Shown here: in pieces, positions 8,533 to 17,943 of the stretch
Layout: every line of letters begins with the position of its first letter
Position numbering within the stretch: position 1 is the first letter of the stretch
Assembly: GCA_019192455.1 (NCBI GenBank)
Contig: JAHCML010000003.1
Span: 1,388,160 to 1,452,159, forward strand
Reading direction: 5' to 3'
DNA from: Alphaproteobacteria bacterium SS10
Lineage (GTDB): Bacteria; Pseudomonadota; Alphaproteobacteria; TMED2
DNA length: 64,000 bases
The notes under the pieces: generated by a model
Databases searched by the model: none
What the model was told of the DNA's origin: nothing
The model's input: only the letters and a program-made list of their open reading frames with translations
Position numbers and translations under genes: made by a program

Positions 8533-9423
8533 TTACCCTGGGACTTCCATGTTCTCCCAGAAGCTAGGCAGCGTAAGGGTTACATCACCAATCGTAATAG
8601 ACAATGGTGTTCCGTCCCTCATCGCCTCACCAAAGCGCAGTAGCTTGTCAGTGCCAAAGCGACGATCAATTCGATACATCAAGGAACAAGCGAAGTCGTA
8701 GCAGCCGTACCAAAGCAGGCTGAGGACAACCAACCGCTCCAGCTGCTGCTGGTCCAGCTCGTCAATCTTATCGTGATCGGCGACGTAAATCGCATCACTC
8801 CAGGCGGTCTGCCCAAGCCGTGGGTTGTTGCCGTCGGCAAAGGTCTTTGGCTCAAAGTAGATGGGCTTAGGCGGCTGCAGCTTCAGCAGCATATAGCCCT
8901 GTGAACGCATAAACTGATCAACCTCAGCAAACAGCGCCTGATCCTTATAAAGGGGCTGAAACTCAACCTCACATTCGATGAGTGGATAGCTGGCGAGGAC
9001 CTTTGGCGCGTGCTCCAAAAGCGGCAGGGTCATGCCCTGTACATCGACCTTCAGCAGGTCCAGCTTTCGGTCGCCAAGCGCGTCATCGAGCGTCTTGGTC
9101 TCGCATGGCGACCGGCTCTTTGTCGTCATTAGGTCGGGCAACGCCTGATACCGCTTCACAAAATCGCGGTTCGTCGGCAGCAGCGAGCTCGTCTCGGCAA
9201 AATGATTAAGGTGAAACGTGCCGGGCTTACCGTCCGCGATCACATAGGGCAGGATCTCATAACCGTCACCCAGCTTCTGCAGCTCCGCAAACGCCTTCTC
9301 CTCCGGTTCAAAGCCAATAACCGTGGCACAGCCGCTTTCGACCATATGGTGCCAAGTGGCCTTTTCACCGTGCAACGCAGCGCCGATGTCGCAAATCAAG
9401 AGCGGAGATGTAAGTTCTAGCAT
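8533..9423 (-). CDS. FkbM-family SAM-dependent methyltransferase.
   Basis: N-terminus LLICDIGAALHGEKATWHHMVESGCATVIGFEPEEKAFAELQK is typical of the FkbM family (MT_FkbM). It is inserted between argC and rpsI. Confidence 0.7.
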   Translation of the reverse strand: MLELTSPLLICDIGAALHGEKATWHHMVESGCATVIGFEPEEKAFAELQKLGDGYEILPYVIADGKPGTFHLNHFAETSSLLPTNRDFVKRYQALPDLMTTKSRSPCETKTLDDALGDRKLDLLKVDVQGMTLPLLEHAPKVLASYPLIECEVEFQPLYKDQALFAEVDQFMRSQGYMLLKLQPPKPIYFEPKTFADGNNPRLGQTAWSDAIYVADHDKIDELDQQQLERLVVLSLLWYGCYDFACSLMYRIDRRFGTDKLLRFGEAMRDGTPLSITIGDVTLTLPSFWENMEVPG

Positions 9424-9458
9424 GTGTTTAGAGCTTTGAGTGACGGTGGCCTTGGCCC

Positions 9459-9497
9459 AAACAAAAACCAGGGCCGCGAAAGCGACCCTGGTTTGTT
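9459..9497 (-). terminator. Rho-independent terminator downstream of rpsI.
   Basis: On the minus strand CCAGGGTCGC-TTTC-GCGGCCCTGG forms a 10-bp stem with one G-U pair. It is followed by TTTTTGTTTG immediately after the rpsI stop. Confidence 0.75.
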
Positions 9498-9552
9498 AGC
9501 TGATGATTTGGTGATCGTCCATGTCGGACACCACCAATCGATCTTTGGCTGA

Positions 9553-10068
9553 TTAACGCTTCGAGAACTGGAAGCTACGACGGGCTTTCGCGCGACCGTA
9601 TTTCTTACGCTCAACCTTACGAGCGTCACGGGTAAGGAAGCCCGCTTGCTTAAGGTTTGGACGAAGTGCTGGCTCGAACTTGGTCAGGGCACGGGAAATA
9701 CCGTGGCGCACTGCACCAGCCTGACCAGACAGGCCACCACCCTTAACGGTGATGTAGCAGTCGAACTGGCCCTTACGCTCAGTCACGTCGAAAGGTTGGT
9801 TGATGATCAGACGCAGGGTCGGACGCGCGAAGTAAACGGTGTCCTCGCGGCCATTCACCACGATCTTACCGCTACCTGGCTTAATCCAAACGCGGGCGAT
9901 CGCATCTTTGCGACGACCGGTTGCGTAAGCGCGGCCAAGCTCATCAAGCTCTGGCTCTGGTAGGGGCTGATCGGCCTCAACGGTACCGCCCAGCGCTTCC
10001 AGGCTGTTTAGGGTTTCACCGGTTTCAGCAGCGGCTTCTTCGGTGGGGTTTGCAACATCGCTAGCCAT
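9553..10068 (-). CDS. rpsI: 30S ribosomal protein S9.
   Basis: C-terminus [17 protein letters not shown]...[19 protein letters not shown]...[17 protein letters not shown]. It carries an N-terminal acidic extension, as in many alphaproteobacteria. Confidence 0.95.
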   Translation of the reverse strand: MASDVANPTEEAAAETGETLNSLEALGGTVEADQPLPEPELDELGRAYATGRRKDAIARVWIKPGSGKIVVNGREDTVYFARPTLRLIINQPFDVTERKGQFDCYITVKGGGLSGQAGAVRHGISRALTKFEPALRPNLKQAGFLTRDARKVERKKYGRAKARRSFQFSKR

Positions 10069-10074
10069 GGTTGA

Positions 10075-10536
10075 TTAAGCTCGCTTGTTCTTTGGGTTCA
10101 TATTGGCGACATCCAGAACTTCTGGCTGTTGCGCTTCATGTGGGTGCTCGGTGCCGGCATAGACGCGCAGCTTCTTGATCTGCTGCTTGCCCAGATTGCC
10201 TTTTGGCAGCATGCGCTCAACGGCTTTCTCAACCACGCGGTGTGGGTGCTTGCCCTCAAGGATTTCGCCTTTGGACTTGCCTTTGATGCCGCCCGGATAA
10301 CCGGTGTGCCAGTAGAAGATGCTGTCCTTGGCTTTGTTGCCGGTCAGCACGACCTTCTCAGCGTTGATGACAACGATGTGGTCGCCGCAATCGATATTGG
10401 GCGTGAACATCGGCTTATGCTTGCCGCGCAGGCGGGTGGCAATGATGCTAGCCAGACGGCCAAGCACGACGCCTTCCGCGTCGATCACATACCACTTGCG
10501 CTCAACCTCTGACGGTTTTGCGGAATAGGTGCTCAT
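10075..10536 (-). CDS. rplM: 50S ribosomal protein L13.
   Basis: [30 protein letters not shown] is the canonical L13 N-terminus. The start is taken at the internal Met (10536), not the track's upstream 10563. Confidence 0.95.
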   Translation of the reverse strand: MSTYSAKPSEVERKWYVIDAEGVVLGRLASIIATRLRGKHKPMFTPNIDCGDHIVVINAEKVVLTGNKAKDSIFYWHTGYPGGIKGKSKGEILEGKHPHRVVEKAVERMLPKGNLGKQQIKKLRVYAGTEHPHEAQQPEVLDVANMNPKNKRA

Positions 10537-10680
10537 TGGGGTAACCCCGTATCTCAGAATCACGACAGGCGCCCACCTCGGGCGCCCGACTGCGCGGTGA
10601 TTTACGGTTTTGGGATGCGAGCGTCAAGCGAAAAGCCGCAGAAATATTCGGATTCTTCGCTTGTGGTAATTAATTACCGC

Positions 10681-11136
10681 CTATCTGTTTGGCGGGATTG
10701 AATAGGTTCCCGTGGCATGGGCCACTGGCTCCTCATCACCATCTGAGAAGATGAATGACTCACCATAGGCCAGACGCTTACCAAGTTTGATCAACCGCGT
10801 CTCACCAATCAGGTCTTTACCAAGGTCGGGCTTGCGCAAAAAGTTGAGGTTGAGATTGGTGGTAACCGCCAATTGCACAGGGCCAATCGCGGACAGAACA
10901 GCCCCCCATAAGCTGGCATCGGCCAGCGCAAACATGGTTGGACCAGAAACCGTGCCGCCGGGACGCACAAACCGCTCATTCGACGGAAACCGCATCTTAC
11001 AATAACCATAGCCAAGCGCGTCGATGCTGGCGCTGATCTCTTCCATCTGGGGCAAGCCTTTGCGGGCCAGCATCAAAAACTCATCGGCCGACATCGCGGC
11101 TGGTTGCCGGGTTCCGTCATCTGGACCGAATTGCAT
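10681..11136 (-). CDS. PaaI/YbgC-type hotdog-fold thioesterase.
   Basis: About 150 aa with GGTVSGPTMFALADASLWGAVLS...LNLNFLRKP, the typical PaaI thioesterase core. Confidence 0.75.
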   Translation of the reverse strand: MQFGPDDGTRQPAAMSADEFLMLARKGLPQMEEISASIDALGYGYCKMRFPSNERFVRPGGTVSGPTMFALADASLWGAVLSAIGPVQLAVTTNLNLNFLRKPDLGKDLIGETRLIKLGKRLAYGESFIFSDGDEEPVAHATGTYSIPPNR

Positions 11137-11234
11137 GGCTGCTACCTCCCCTGCTCAAAACTTGCGTCGATACTCGCCTCACCTACCGCCTTGCCATAAA
11201 GTGCGATGAGTATCGAAACAAGCGGAACAAACCG

Positions 11235-12071
11235 ATGGCTGAAACGGCAACCGCCCCCTCTGAGAGTACCGGCACCGATAACGCGCTAATCTTGCGTGAA
11301 GATATCGGTCCTGTCGCGCGCCTCACCCTAAACCGGCCATCGGCGCGCAACGCCCTCTCAACCACCATGATGGCGGCGCTGCAGGATGCCCTAACGAAGG
11401 TTAGTGAGGACCGCAATATCTCGGTGGTGATCATTGCCGCAAACGGTCCGGCCTTTTGCGCTGGCCATGACCTCAAAGAACTCCGCGCCGCCCGGACAGC
11501 AGATAACCGTCCAGACCAGGCATTCTTCTCGAGCCTGTTTGAACAGTGCAGTGAGCTGATGCTGACCATCATGCGGATGCGCCAACCGGTCATCGCTCAA
11601 GTTGAGGGCATGGCGACGGCGGCGGGCTGCCAACTGGTGGCCACATGCGATCTAGCGGTTGCCGCCAGCACTGCCCATTTTGCGACCCCTGGCGTAAATA
11701 TCGGCCTCTTCTGCTCAACCCCGATGGTGGCGGTCAGCCGCAACATGCCGCGTAAGCAGGTGATGGATATGCTGCTGACCGGTGAGCCTATCGATGCCGA
11801 AGCTGCCCAAAGCTACGGCCTGATTAATCGCATCACCGAACCCGAAAAGGTGGCCGATGACACGCTGGCGCTGGCCAAACAAATTGCTGCCAAATCCCCT
11901 TACGTGCTGGAGATTGGTAAGCGTGCCTTTTATGAGCAGTTGGAGATGGGGGTCAGCGAAGCCTATGCCCATACGGCTGAGGTGATGACCCGCAACATGA
12001 TGGCCCGCGATGCTGAGGAAGGCATCGGCGCCTTCCTCGATAAACGCACACCAAACTGGTCCGGCGAATGA
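11235..12071 (+). CDS. Enoyl-CoA hydratase/isomerase (crotonase) family protein.
   Basis: Crotonase-fold motifs (VVIIAANGPAFCAGHDLKEL; oxyanion-hole region ATAAGCQLVATCDL). Confidence 0.85.
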   Translation: MAETATAPSESTGTDNALILREDIGPVARLTLNRPSARNALSTTMMAALQDALTKVSEDRNISVVIIAANGPAFCAGHDLKELRAARTADNRPDQAFFSSLFEQCSELMLTIMRMRQPVIAQVEGMATAAGCQLVATCDLAVAASTAHFATPGVNIGLFCSTPMVAVSRNMPRKQVMDMLLTGEPIDAEAAQSYGLINRITEPEKVADDTLALAKQIAAKSPYVLEIGKRAFYEQLEMGVSEAYAHTAEVMTRNMMARDAEEGIGAFLDKRTPNWSGE

Positions 12072-12625
12072 CAACCACTGAACCAATCCCCCTGCCCGCT
12101 GGTCACGAGACCTATAGCGATGAGCATCTGACCAAGATCCTGAAACGGGTGAAGACCATCGCCATGGTCGGCGCCAGTGCCCATTGGAACCGGCCCAGCT
12201 ACTTCGTCATGAAGTATCTCCAGAATAAGGGCTTTAGGGTCATCCCGATTAATCCGGGCCAGGCGGGCAACCAGATCCTTGGCGAGACGTGTTACGGCAC
12301 CCTTGCCGCAGCAACAGAAGGCATCGCACCGCTCAAGATCGATATGGTTGATGTTTTCCGGCATGCGAAGGAAGCGCCCGAACTGGCCCGTCAGGCGGTC
12401 GAGATTGGCGCCGATGTATTCTGGATGCAGATCACCGTGATCAGTGATGAGGCACGCGCCATTGCCGAGGATGCGGGGCTGACGGTGATCATGAACCGCT
12501 GCCCGAAAATTGAGAACCAGCGGCTGTTTGGAGAGATTGGTCAGGCGGGTGTTAACTCCCAGATCATAAGCTCCAAACGCGGCGCCACCACGGGCCGCGT
12601 AAAAGCGTTTAAAAAGCTAATGTGA
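12068..12625 (+). CDS. CoA-binding domain protein (YccU-like).
   Basis: IAMVGASAHWNRPSYFVMKYLQNKGFRVIPINP is the CoA_binding_2 signature. Its start overlaps the stop of the preceding gene (ATGA). Confidence 0.8.
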   Translation: MTTTEPIPLPAGHETYSDEHLTKILKRVKTIAMVGASAHWNRPSYFVMKYLQNKGFRVIPINPGQAGNQILGETCYGTLAAATEGIAPLKIDMVDVFRHAKEAPELARQAVEIGADVFWMQITVISDEARAIAEDAGLTVIMNRCPKIENQRLFGEIGQAGVNSQIISSKRGATTGRVKAFKKLM

Positions 12626-12724
12626 AGCCCTATGGTGCCGCATATCGCGATGGCCGCTTAGAGCCACCCGATGAAACACGGGCGATAACATCGCCACCTG
12701 CAACGAGAGATCCGAGGATCAACC

Positions 12725-14041
12725 ATGACCGATCAACCAAGCTTTGGTTTTGAAACCCGCGCCATCCATGCTGGCTCTGCCCCAGACCCAGCCACCGGCG
12801 CCCGGGTGACCCCGATTGTGCAATCCACCGCCTTCGTCTTTGAAGACAGCGAAGATGCGGCCTCACTGTTCAGCCTACAAAAGGTTGGCTTCATCTACTC
12901 CCGCCTGACCAACCCAACGGTCGCGGTTTTGGAAGAGCGGATCGCCAGCCTTGAGAATGGTGTTGGCGCCACCTGTACCGCCTCCGGTCACGCGGCACAG
13001 ATGATGACCCTAGCCGCCCTGATGCGTCCGGGCGATCGCTTCGTTGCCTCCAACAAGCTGTATGGCGGCTCCCTCAACCAGTTCAAAAATCTGTTCCCAC
13101 GTAGCTTTGGTTGGGAATGTGATTTCGTCGATTTCGATGACCTCGACGCTGTGCGCGCCACGGTGACGCCAGAGCATAAGGCCATCTTCTGTGAGAGCTT
13201 GGCCAACCCAGGCGGTGTGATCACCGACATCGCGGCCATCGCGGAAATCGCTGATGCGAACAACCTGCCACTGGTTGTCGATAACACCATGGCGAGCCCC
13301 TATCTCTGCCGCCCGATTGACCATGGTGCGACCCTGGTCATCCACTCCACCACCAAGTTCCTGTCCGGCCATGGCAACGCCATGGGCGGTGTCGTTGTTG
13401 ATAGCGGCAAATTCGATTGGAACACCGGCGGCAAGTATCCAAACCTCACCGAGCCAGAGCCTGGTTATCACGGCCTGAAGTTCTATGAGACCTTTGGCAA
13501 CCTCGCCTTCACGATCTGGGGCCATGCGGTTGGCCTGCGCGATCTCGGCCCGAACCAACAGGCTATGAACGCATTCCTGACGATCAGCGGCATCGAGACG
13601 CTGCCACTGCGTATGGAGCGTCATTGTGAGAATGCGATGAAGGTTGCGGAGTTCCTCGAAGGGCACGAGACCGTGTCTTGGGTGAACTATGCCGGCCTGC
13701 CATCCAGCAAGTACAACGGCCTCGCCAAGAAGTACCTGCCGAAGGGTGCGGGTGCCGTATTCACCTTCGGCCTGAAAGGTGGTTATGAGGCTGGTGTGAA
13801 GCTTTGCGAAACGCTCGAGCTGTTCAGCCATTTGGCGAATATCGGCGATACCCGTTCGCTGGTCATCCACCCCGCCTCCACGACCCACAGCCAGCTCTCA
13901 GAAGAAGGCCTGGTCGCCGCTGGTGCTGGCCCGGATGTGGTTCGCCTCTCAATCGGTATTGAGACGGCCGATGACATCATCGCCGACCTTGATCGCGCCC
14001 TGCATATTGCAGCCCAAGCGGCGCCGGTTGCCGCTGAGTAA
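12725..14041 (+). CDS. metY: O-acetylhomoserine aminocarboxypropyltransferase (O-acetylhomoserine sulfhydrylase).
   Basis: PLP-dependent Cys/Met-metabolism family. N-terminus FETRAIHAG...PIVQSTAFVF. Length 438 aa is typical of MetY. Confidence 0.85.
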   Translation: MTDQPSFGFETRAIHAGSAPDPATGARVTPIVQSTAFVFEDSEDAASLFSLQKVGFIYSRLTNPTVAVLEERIASLENGVGATCTASGHAAQMMTLAALMRPGDRFVASNKLYGGSLNQFKNLFPRSFGWECDFVDFDDLDAVRATVTPEHKAIFCESLANPGGVITDIAAIAEIADANNLPLVVDNTMASPYLCRPIDHGATLVIHSTTKFLSGHGNAMGGVVVDSGKFDWNTGGKYPNLTEPEPGYHGLKFYETFGNLAFTIWGHAVGLRDLGPNQQAMNAFLTISGIETLPLRMERHCENAMKVAEFLEGHETVSWVNYAGLPSSKYNGLAKKYLPKGAGAVFTFGLKGGYEAGVKLCETLELFSHLANIGDTRSLVIHPASTTHSQLSEEGLVAAGAGPDVVRLSIGIETADDIIADLDRALHIAAQAAPVAAE

Positions 14042-14067
14042 GCGACTACTGAAACCAATAACGAAGA

Positions 14068-14100
14068 TGGCGTGCCCTACCCGGCGCGCCATTTTTGTTA
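14068..14100 (+). terminator. Rho-independent terminator after metY; convergent with the lrp stop.
   Basis: ATGGCGTGCC-CTACCC-GGCGCGCCAT hairpin followed by TTTTTGTT. Confidence 0.65.
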
Positions 14101-14116
14101 GTCCTGCAGGTCGACC

Positions 14117-14578
14117 TTAGACTGGCAGTACATTCGTCTCTTTAACGTCTTCCATGACGAAGCTGGCGGACACGTCTGCGATCTCCACCTTCTCGATCAG
14201 CCGTTGATAGAAGCTGTCATAGGCAGCGACATCGGCCACCCGTACCCGCAGCACGTAATCGAGATCACCGGTCATACGATGGGCGCCTAATATCTCGGGC
14301 ATGCTCTGAACCGCGCGTCGGAACTTCTCAAGCCAGCGGGCGCTATGATCATTGGTGCGCAGAAGCACGAAGACCTGAAGCCCCAGCCCAACGGCGGCAG
14401 GGTCAATCATCGCCACCCGTTTTTGCACCACCCCATCGGCCTCAAGTCGCTTAACCCGACGCCAACAAGCATTACGCGAGAGCTTCACCCGCTCGGCCAA
14501 ATCATCAACGCTGAGCGAGGCATCCTTTTGTAAAAGGCCAAGCAAAGCGCGATCAATATCATCGATTCCCTGAGTCAT
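14117..14578 (-). CDS. lrp: Lrp/AsnC-family transcriptional regulator.
   Basis: IDDIDRALLGLLQKDASLSVDDLAERVKLSRNACWRRVKRLEADGVV (HTH_AsnC) plus a C-terminal RAM domain. The start is taken at the internal Met MTQGID. Confidence 0.85.
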   Translation of the reverse strand: MTQGIDDIDRALLGLLQKDASLSVDDLAERVKLSRNACWRRVKRLEADGVVQKRVAMIDPAAVGLGLQVFVLLRTNDHSARWLEKFRRAVQSMPEILGAHRMTGDLDYVLRVRVADVAAYDSFYQRLIEKVEIADVSASFVMEDVKETNVLPV

Positions 14579-14684
14579 GATTGGGATAATATCCCAAAAT
14601 AAAGACCAAATGATACACAGTTTGGGACACATTTTGATGCGACACGGCCTATACTAACCACTCAATCACGATTTTGGAGGCCCC

Positions 14685-14897
14685 ATGAGCAGCGCACTGC
14701 ACCGTATCTTCTTTGAGCATCCCGGCTCAGTCGACGAGACGTATTTTGAGCATATGCGCTTTGCAGGCTGGTTTGCCTCCCGCCTCTTCCTTGCCGGCGG
14801 TGCCGCGTTGATCCACGCAATCATCCCCTGCCTATTTGAGAAGACAGCCAGCCAACTGATCTGTCAGATGCATGACCGGATCACCAACCGACACTAA
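14685..14897 (+). CDS. Small hypothetical protein (70 aa, one predicted transmembrane helix), divergent from lrp.
   Basis: MSSALHRIFFEHPGSVDETYFEHMRFAGWFASRLFLAGGAALIHAIIPCLF... It has a reasonable length and sits in a clean intergenic position. Family unknown to me. Confidence 0.45.
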   Translation: MSSALHRIFFEHPGSVDETYFEHMRFAGWFASRLFLAGGAALIHAIIPCLFEKTASQLICQMHDRITNRH

Positions 14898-14919
14898 GCA
14901 TACTGACCAAGCTTAAGCG

Positions 14920-15255
14920 TTACGCCGAAGTCTCTTCGGCAACCCAGTTCATGAAGTCGGGTAGCCCCTGATCAACCGATAGCGCAATAGCACATGGTGT
15001 GTCGTAATCATGCGCGCCATTGATCGCGTCGAGCAGTGCATCCACCCGCTCTGCCGTCGTCTTCAACAACAGCACCACCTCATCGCTATGCTCGATCTTT
15101 CCCTGCCAACGGTAGACGGAGATCATACCCGGCAGGATGTTTGCACAGGCGGCCAGACGTTGCTCGACCATTGCCCCGCCAATAGCCTTCGCCGCCTCAA
15201 CAGATCCTGCCGTGACATAAACCAGTCGCATGTTGGCAGTCGTCGCCATCGCCAT
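14920..15255 (-). CDS. cutA: Divalent-cation tolerance protein CutA.
   Basis: About 110 aa with LVYVTAGSVEAAKAIGGAMVEQRLAACANILPGMISVYRWQGKIE, the CutA1 signature. Confidence 0.85.
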   Translation of the reverse strand: MAMATTANMRLVYVTAGSVEAAKAIGGAMVEQRLAACANILPGMISVYRWQGKIEHSDEVVLLLKTTAERVDALLDAINGAHDYDTPCAIALSVDQGLPDFMNWVAEETSA

Positions 15256-15593
15256 TTCCTTTTCAAACAGTCACCAATTTGGGTGCAGCATTTTTAGGTG
15301 CAAAGCGGTGCAGAATTGCTGCGCTGCAGCACAGTCGAACCCTTGACTCAATTGCCCCCTTATAGCGTAATCACGGCACCTGAGTTTAGGGACAGGTTTG
15401 GTATCCGGCACCATTAATTGCGGGCCGGAAAATGCCAATTTCATAAAGCATGTTTTAACGTGCGATCGCGAAACAAACGCGTTCAAACAGCCTTCACAGA
15501 TCGATAGATCAGTGGGGCTGTTTTTAATTGTGTAAACCGGATCGCGGCGGCGACCGGCGCAACCAATCAGACATCAAGATGATTTTGGAAAAA

Positions 15594-15670
15594 TGGTCGG
15601 AGCGGCGGGATTCGAACCCACGACCTCTCGCCCCCCAGGCGAGCGCGCTACCAGGCTACGCTACGCTCCG
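15594..15670 (-). tRNA. tRNA-Pro (anticodon GGG).
   Basis: The reverse complement folds as a cloverleaf: acceptor CGGAGCG/CGCTCCG, D-arm GCGUAGCCUGGUAGCGC, anticodon stem CUCGC/GCGAG with loop CUGGGGG (anticodon GGG), and T-arm GUGGGTTCGAATCCCGC. A CCA end is encoded. Confidence 0.9.
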
Positions 15671-15784
15671 ACACAACGCAGATACGGACATAAATGGCCT
15701 GAAACCCGTATTGCGATTTGGTTGGTAAATCATTGCCGCGATGGGGGCAAGCCCAGGGCAATGAAGATCAGCTTAGAACCAATA

Positions 15785-16447
15785 TCAGGACAGCTTGGTC
15801 AGCAGCTTATCAATATCACCGCGCAAGGCCTTCAACTCATCAAGGGCTTGCTTGGCCGCCGCCTCAAACGCCGCTGCTTTTTCATCGGCCTTCTCTGCCA
15901 GGGCTGCTGAACCATTTGTGGCTGGCGCTGGTGATGCGGCAGGTGCAGGCGGTGGCGTTACAGCCTTGGGGCGGATCGGCACAACTGGCGTCTCCGCCTT
16001 AGCAGCGTCTTCCGCTGGCGCTTCAGTGGCTGGCTTAACCTCTGCTGCTGCCTCTTCTGGCGCGCCATCGGTCAGGGCCTCGGTCACGTCGTCAGCCGCT
16101 TGCTGAACGCCGACCTCGCGGGCCTTCTCGATACCGCTGGCAACACCACGGGCTGATTTCAGAACCTTCTGAACGCCCTTAATCGTGTAACCCTCATCGT
16201 GAAGCAGGCGCTGGATCTCACGCAGCAGCTCCAGATCCTGTGGCCGGTAGTAGCGACGACCACCGGCTCGCTTAAGCGGTTTCACAAGGGTGAATTTGGT
16301 TTCCCAGAAGCGCAGGACATGTTGTGGCACGTCCAATTCCTCCGACACCTCAGAAATGGTGCGGAAGGCATCTTTGGTTTTGTTCTTAGCGTTCTTCTTG
16401 GCCGCAGACTTTTTGGGCTTCTCTGCGGCCGCTTCCGACTCACTCAT
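15785..16447 (-). CDS. MerR-family transcriptional regulator with an Ala/Pro/Glu-rich C-terminal tail.
   Basis: Mer[29 protein letters not shown]...GGRRYY. It is the conserved neighbour of ihfA in alphaproteobacteria. Confidence 0.8.
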   Translation of the reverse strand: MSESEAAAEKPKKSAAKKNAKNKTKDAFRTISEVSEELDVPQHVLRFWETKFTLVKPLKRAGGRRYYRPQDLELLREIQRLLHDEGYTIKGVQKVLKSARGVASGIEKAREVGVQQAADDVTEALTDGAPEEAAAEVKPATEAPAEDAAKAETPVVPIRPKAVTPPPAPAASPAPATNGSAALAEKADEKAAAFEAAAKQALDELKALRGDIDKLLTKLS

Positions 16448-16754
16448 CGTCAGCGTCGATCCCGTTGATGCGGTCCTTCAACACGTGGCTGGCGCGAAAC
16501 ACCAAAACCTTGCGTGGGCTGATCGGCACTTCTTCACCAGTCTTTGGATTACGGCCGATACGCTCGCCCTTCTCACGAACCGAGAAGGTGCCAAAGGATG
16601 AAATCTTCACGGTTTCGCCGCGAACCAGCGCATCGCTGATTTCATCCAACACACTCTCAACGAGCGAGGAGGATTCATTTCGGGAGAGACCGACCTGGTG
16701 ATAGACGCTCTCGCTCAAGCTAGCGCGGGTAACGGTTGTTGAAGAATCGGCCAT
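16440..16754 (-). CDS. ihfA: Integration host factor subunit alpha.
   Basis: About 100 aa with [44 protein letters not shown], the canonical IHF/HU fold signature. Confidence 0.9.
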   Translation of the reverse strand: MADSSTTVTRASLSESVYHQVGLSRNESSSLVESVLDEISDALVRGETVKISSFGTFSVREKGERIGRNPKTGEEVPISPRKVLVFRASHVLKDRINGIDADDE

Positions 16755-16935
16755 TCGAAATCCCTTATCTCAAATGGGACCACCCAATATGGTCCTGGCG
16801 GGGCCTTTTAGCGGCCCTCTAGAATCGAGTCCAGCAAAGGTAGCGACTCGGCAGTATGCAAGTCAATCTAGTGCTTTAGCGCAAAACCTTAATTCTGCAA
16901 CCATGACCGGTCGGTCAGCCCTGTTTGTGGATAAG

Positions 16936-17928
16936 CTACCAGCGAACTAAAGCGGCACCCCAGGTGAAGCCACCGCCCATTGCCTCAAGCAGCAAAAGGT
17001 CACCCGGCTTGATCCGCCCATCGCGTACCGCCTCACAGAGCGCCAGCGGTACTGACGCCGATGCTGTGTTGGCGTGACGGTCCACGGTCAGGACCACACG
17101 ATCATTGGCGAGGCCTAACTTACGCCCCGTCCCTTCGATGATCCGTCGGTTGGCCTGGTGCGGCACCAGCCAATCGATATCGCTCTTGGTCAGACCATTG
17201 GCATCTAACGCCTCATCGACCACTTCCGCCAAACGCTGAACCGCATGGCGGAACACCTCACGCCCATTCATCCGGAGATGACCAGAGGTCTGAGTGGTGG
17301 AGACACCACCGTCGACATAGAGCAGTTTCCAATGTTCGCCCTGGGAATGCAGGTGGGTGGACAGGATACCGGGTGCGGTCACGGCCTCGGCTGGATCCAG
17401 GGGCTCAGCTGACAAGACAACTGCCCCTGCCCCGTCACCAAATAGAACCGCTGTCGTGCGATCTTCCCAATCCAGAATGCGGGAATAGGTCTCCGCACCA
17501 ATCACCAAAAGCTTTTTAGCCTGGCCGGAGCGGATGAAGTTGTCGGCAACGGACAAACCGTAGATGAAGCCACTGCAAACAGCCTGAAGGTCAAAGGCAA
17601 AGCCGCCAGTCATGCCGAGGCTGGCCTGCACCTTAACCGCTGTCGCTGGGAAGGTCTGATCGGTCGTGCTGGTAGCTAGAAGGATACCGTCGAGCTCATC
17701 AGCCTCAATACCAGCATCTTTAAGCGCATCGCGCGCTGCGGCGATCGCGAGGTCTGAGGTCAGCTCACCATCTGCCGCAACGTGGCGGGCCTTAATGCCC
17801 GTGCGCTGTTGGATCCATTCATCCGACGTATCCAGGCGCTTAGCTAGATCGTCATTGGTCAGAATTTGTTCTGGCAGGTACGAGCCGCAGCCAATGATGC
17901 GGGAGCGCCAGTTTGGGGGCGAAGACAT
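16936..17928 (-). CDS. fabH: 3-oxoacyl-ACP synthase III.
   Basis: N-terminus [40 protein letters not shown], active-site Cys region [15 protein letters not shown], and C-terminal [13 protein letters not shown]. Confidence 0.95.
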   Translation of the reverse strand: MSSPPNWRSRIIGCGSYLPEQILTNDDLAKRLDTSDEWIQQRTGIKARHVAADGELTSDLAIAAARDALKDAGIEADELDGILLATSTTDQTFPATAVKVQASLGMTGGFAFDLQAVCSGFIYGLSVADNFIRSGQAKKLLVIGAETYSRILDWEDRTTAVLFGDGAGAVVLSAEPLDPAEAVTAPGILSTHLHSQGEHWKLLYVDGGVSTTQTSGHLRMNGREVFRHAVQRLAEVVDEALDANGLTKSDIDWLVPHQANRRIIEGTGRKLGLANDRVVLTVDRHANTASASVPLALCEAVRDGRIKPGDLLLLEAMGGGFTWGAALVRW

Positions 17929-17943
17929 AGGAGCGATGCGAAC

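Noticed and set aside
12626-12724. A possible SAM riboswitch upstream of metY.
   Set aside because: I could not match a SAM-II or SAM-I consensus by eye, and only a generic hairpin is visible. It is kept as a low-interest item to check with Rfam and not called as a feature.
13010-13888. A 292-aa minus-strand ORF inside metY.
   Set aside because: It is fully contained antisense within a well-supported PLP-enzyme gene and has no recognisable motifs. Long antisense frames are expected at about 60% GC.
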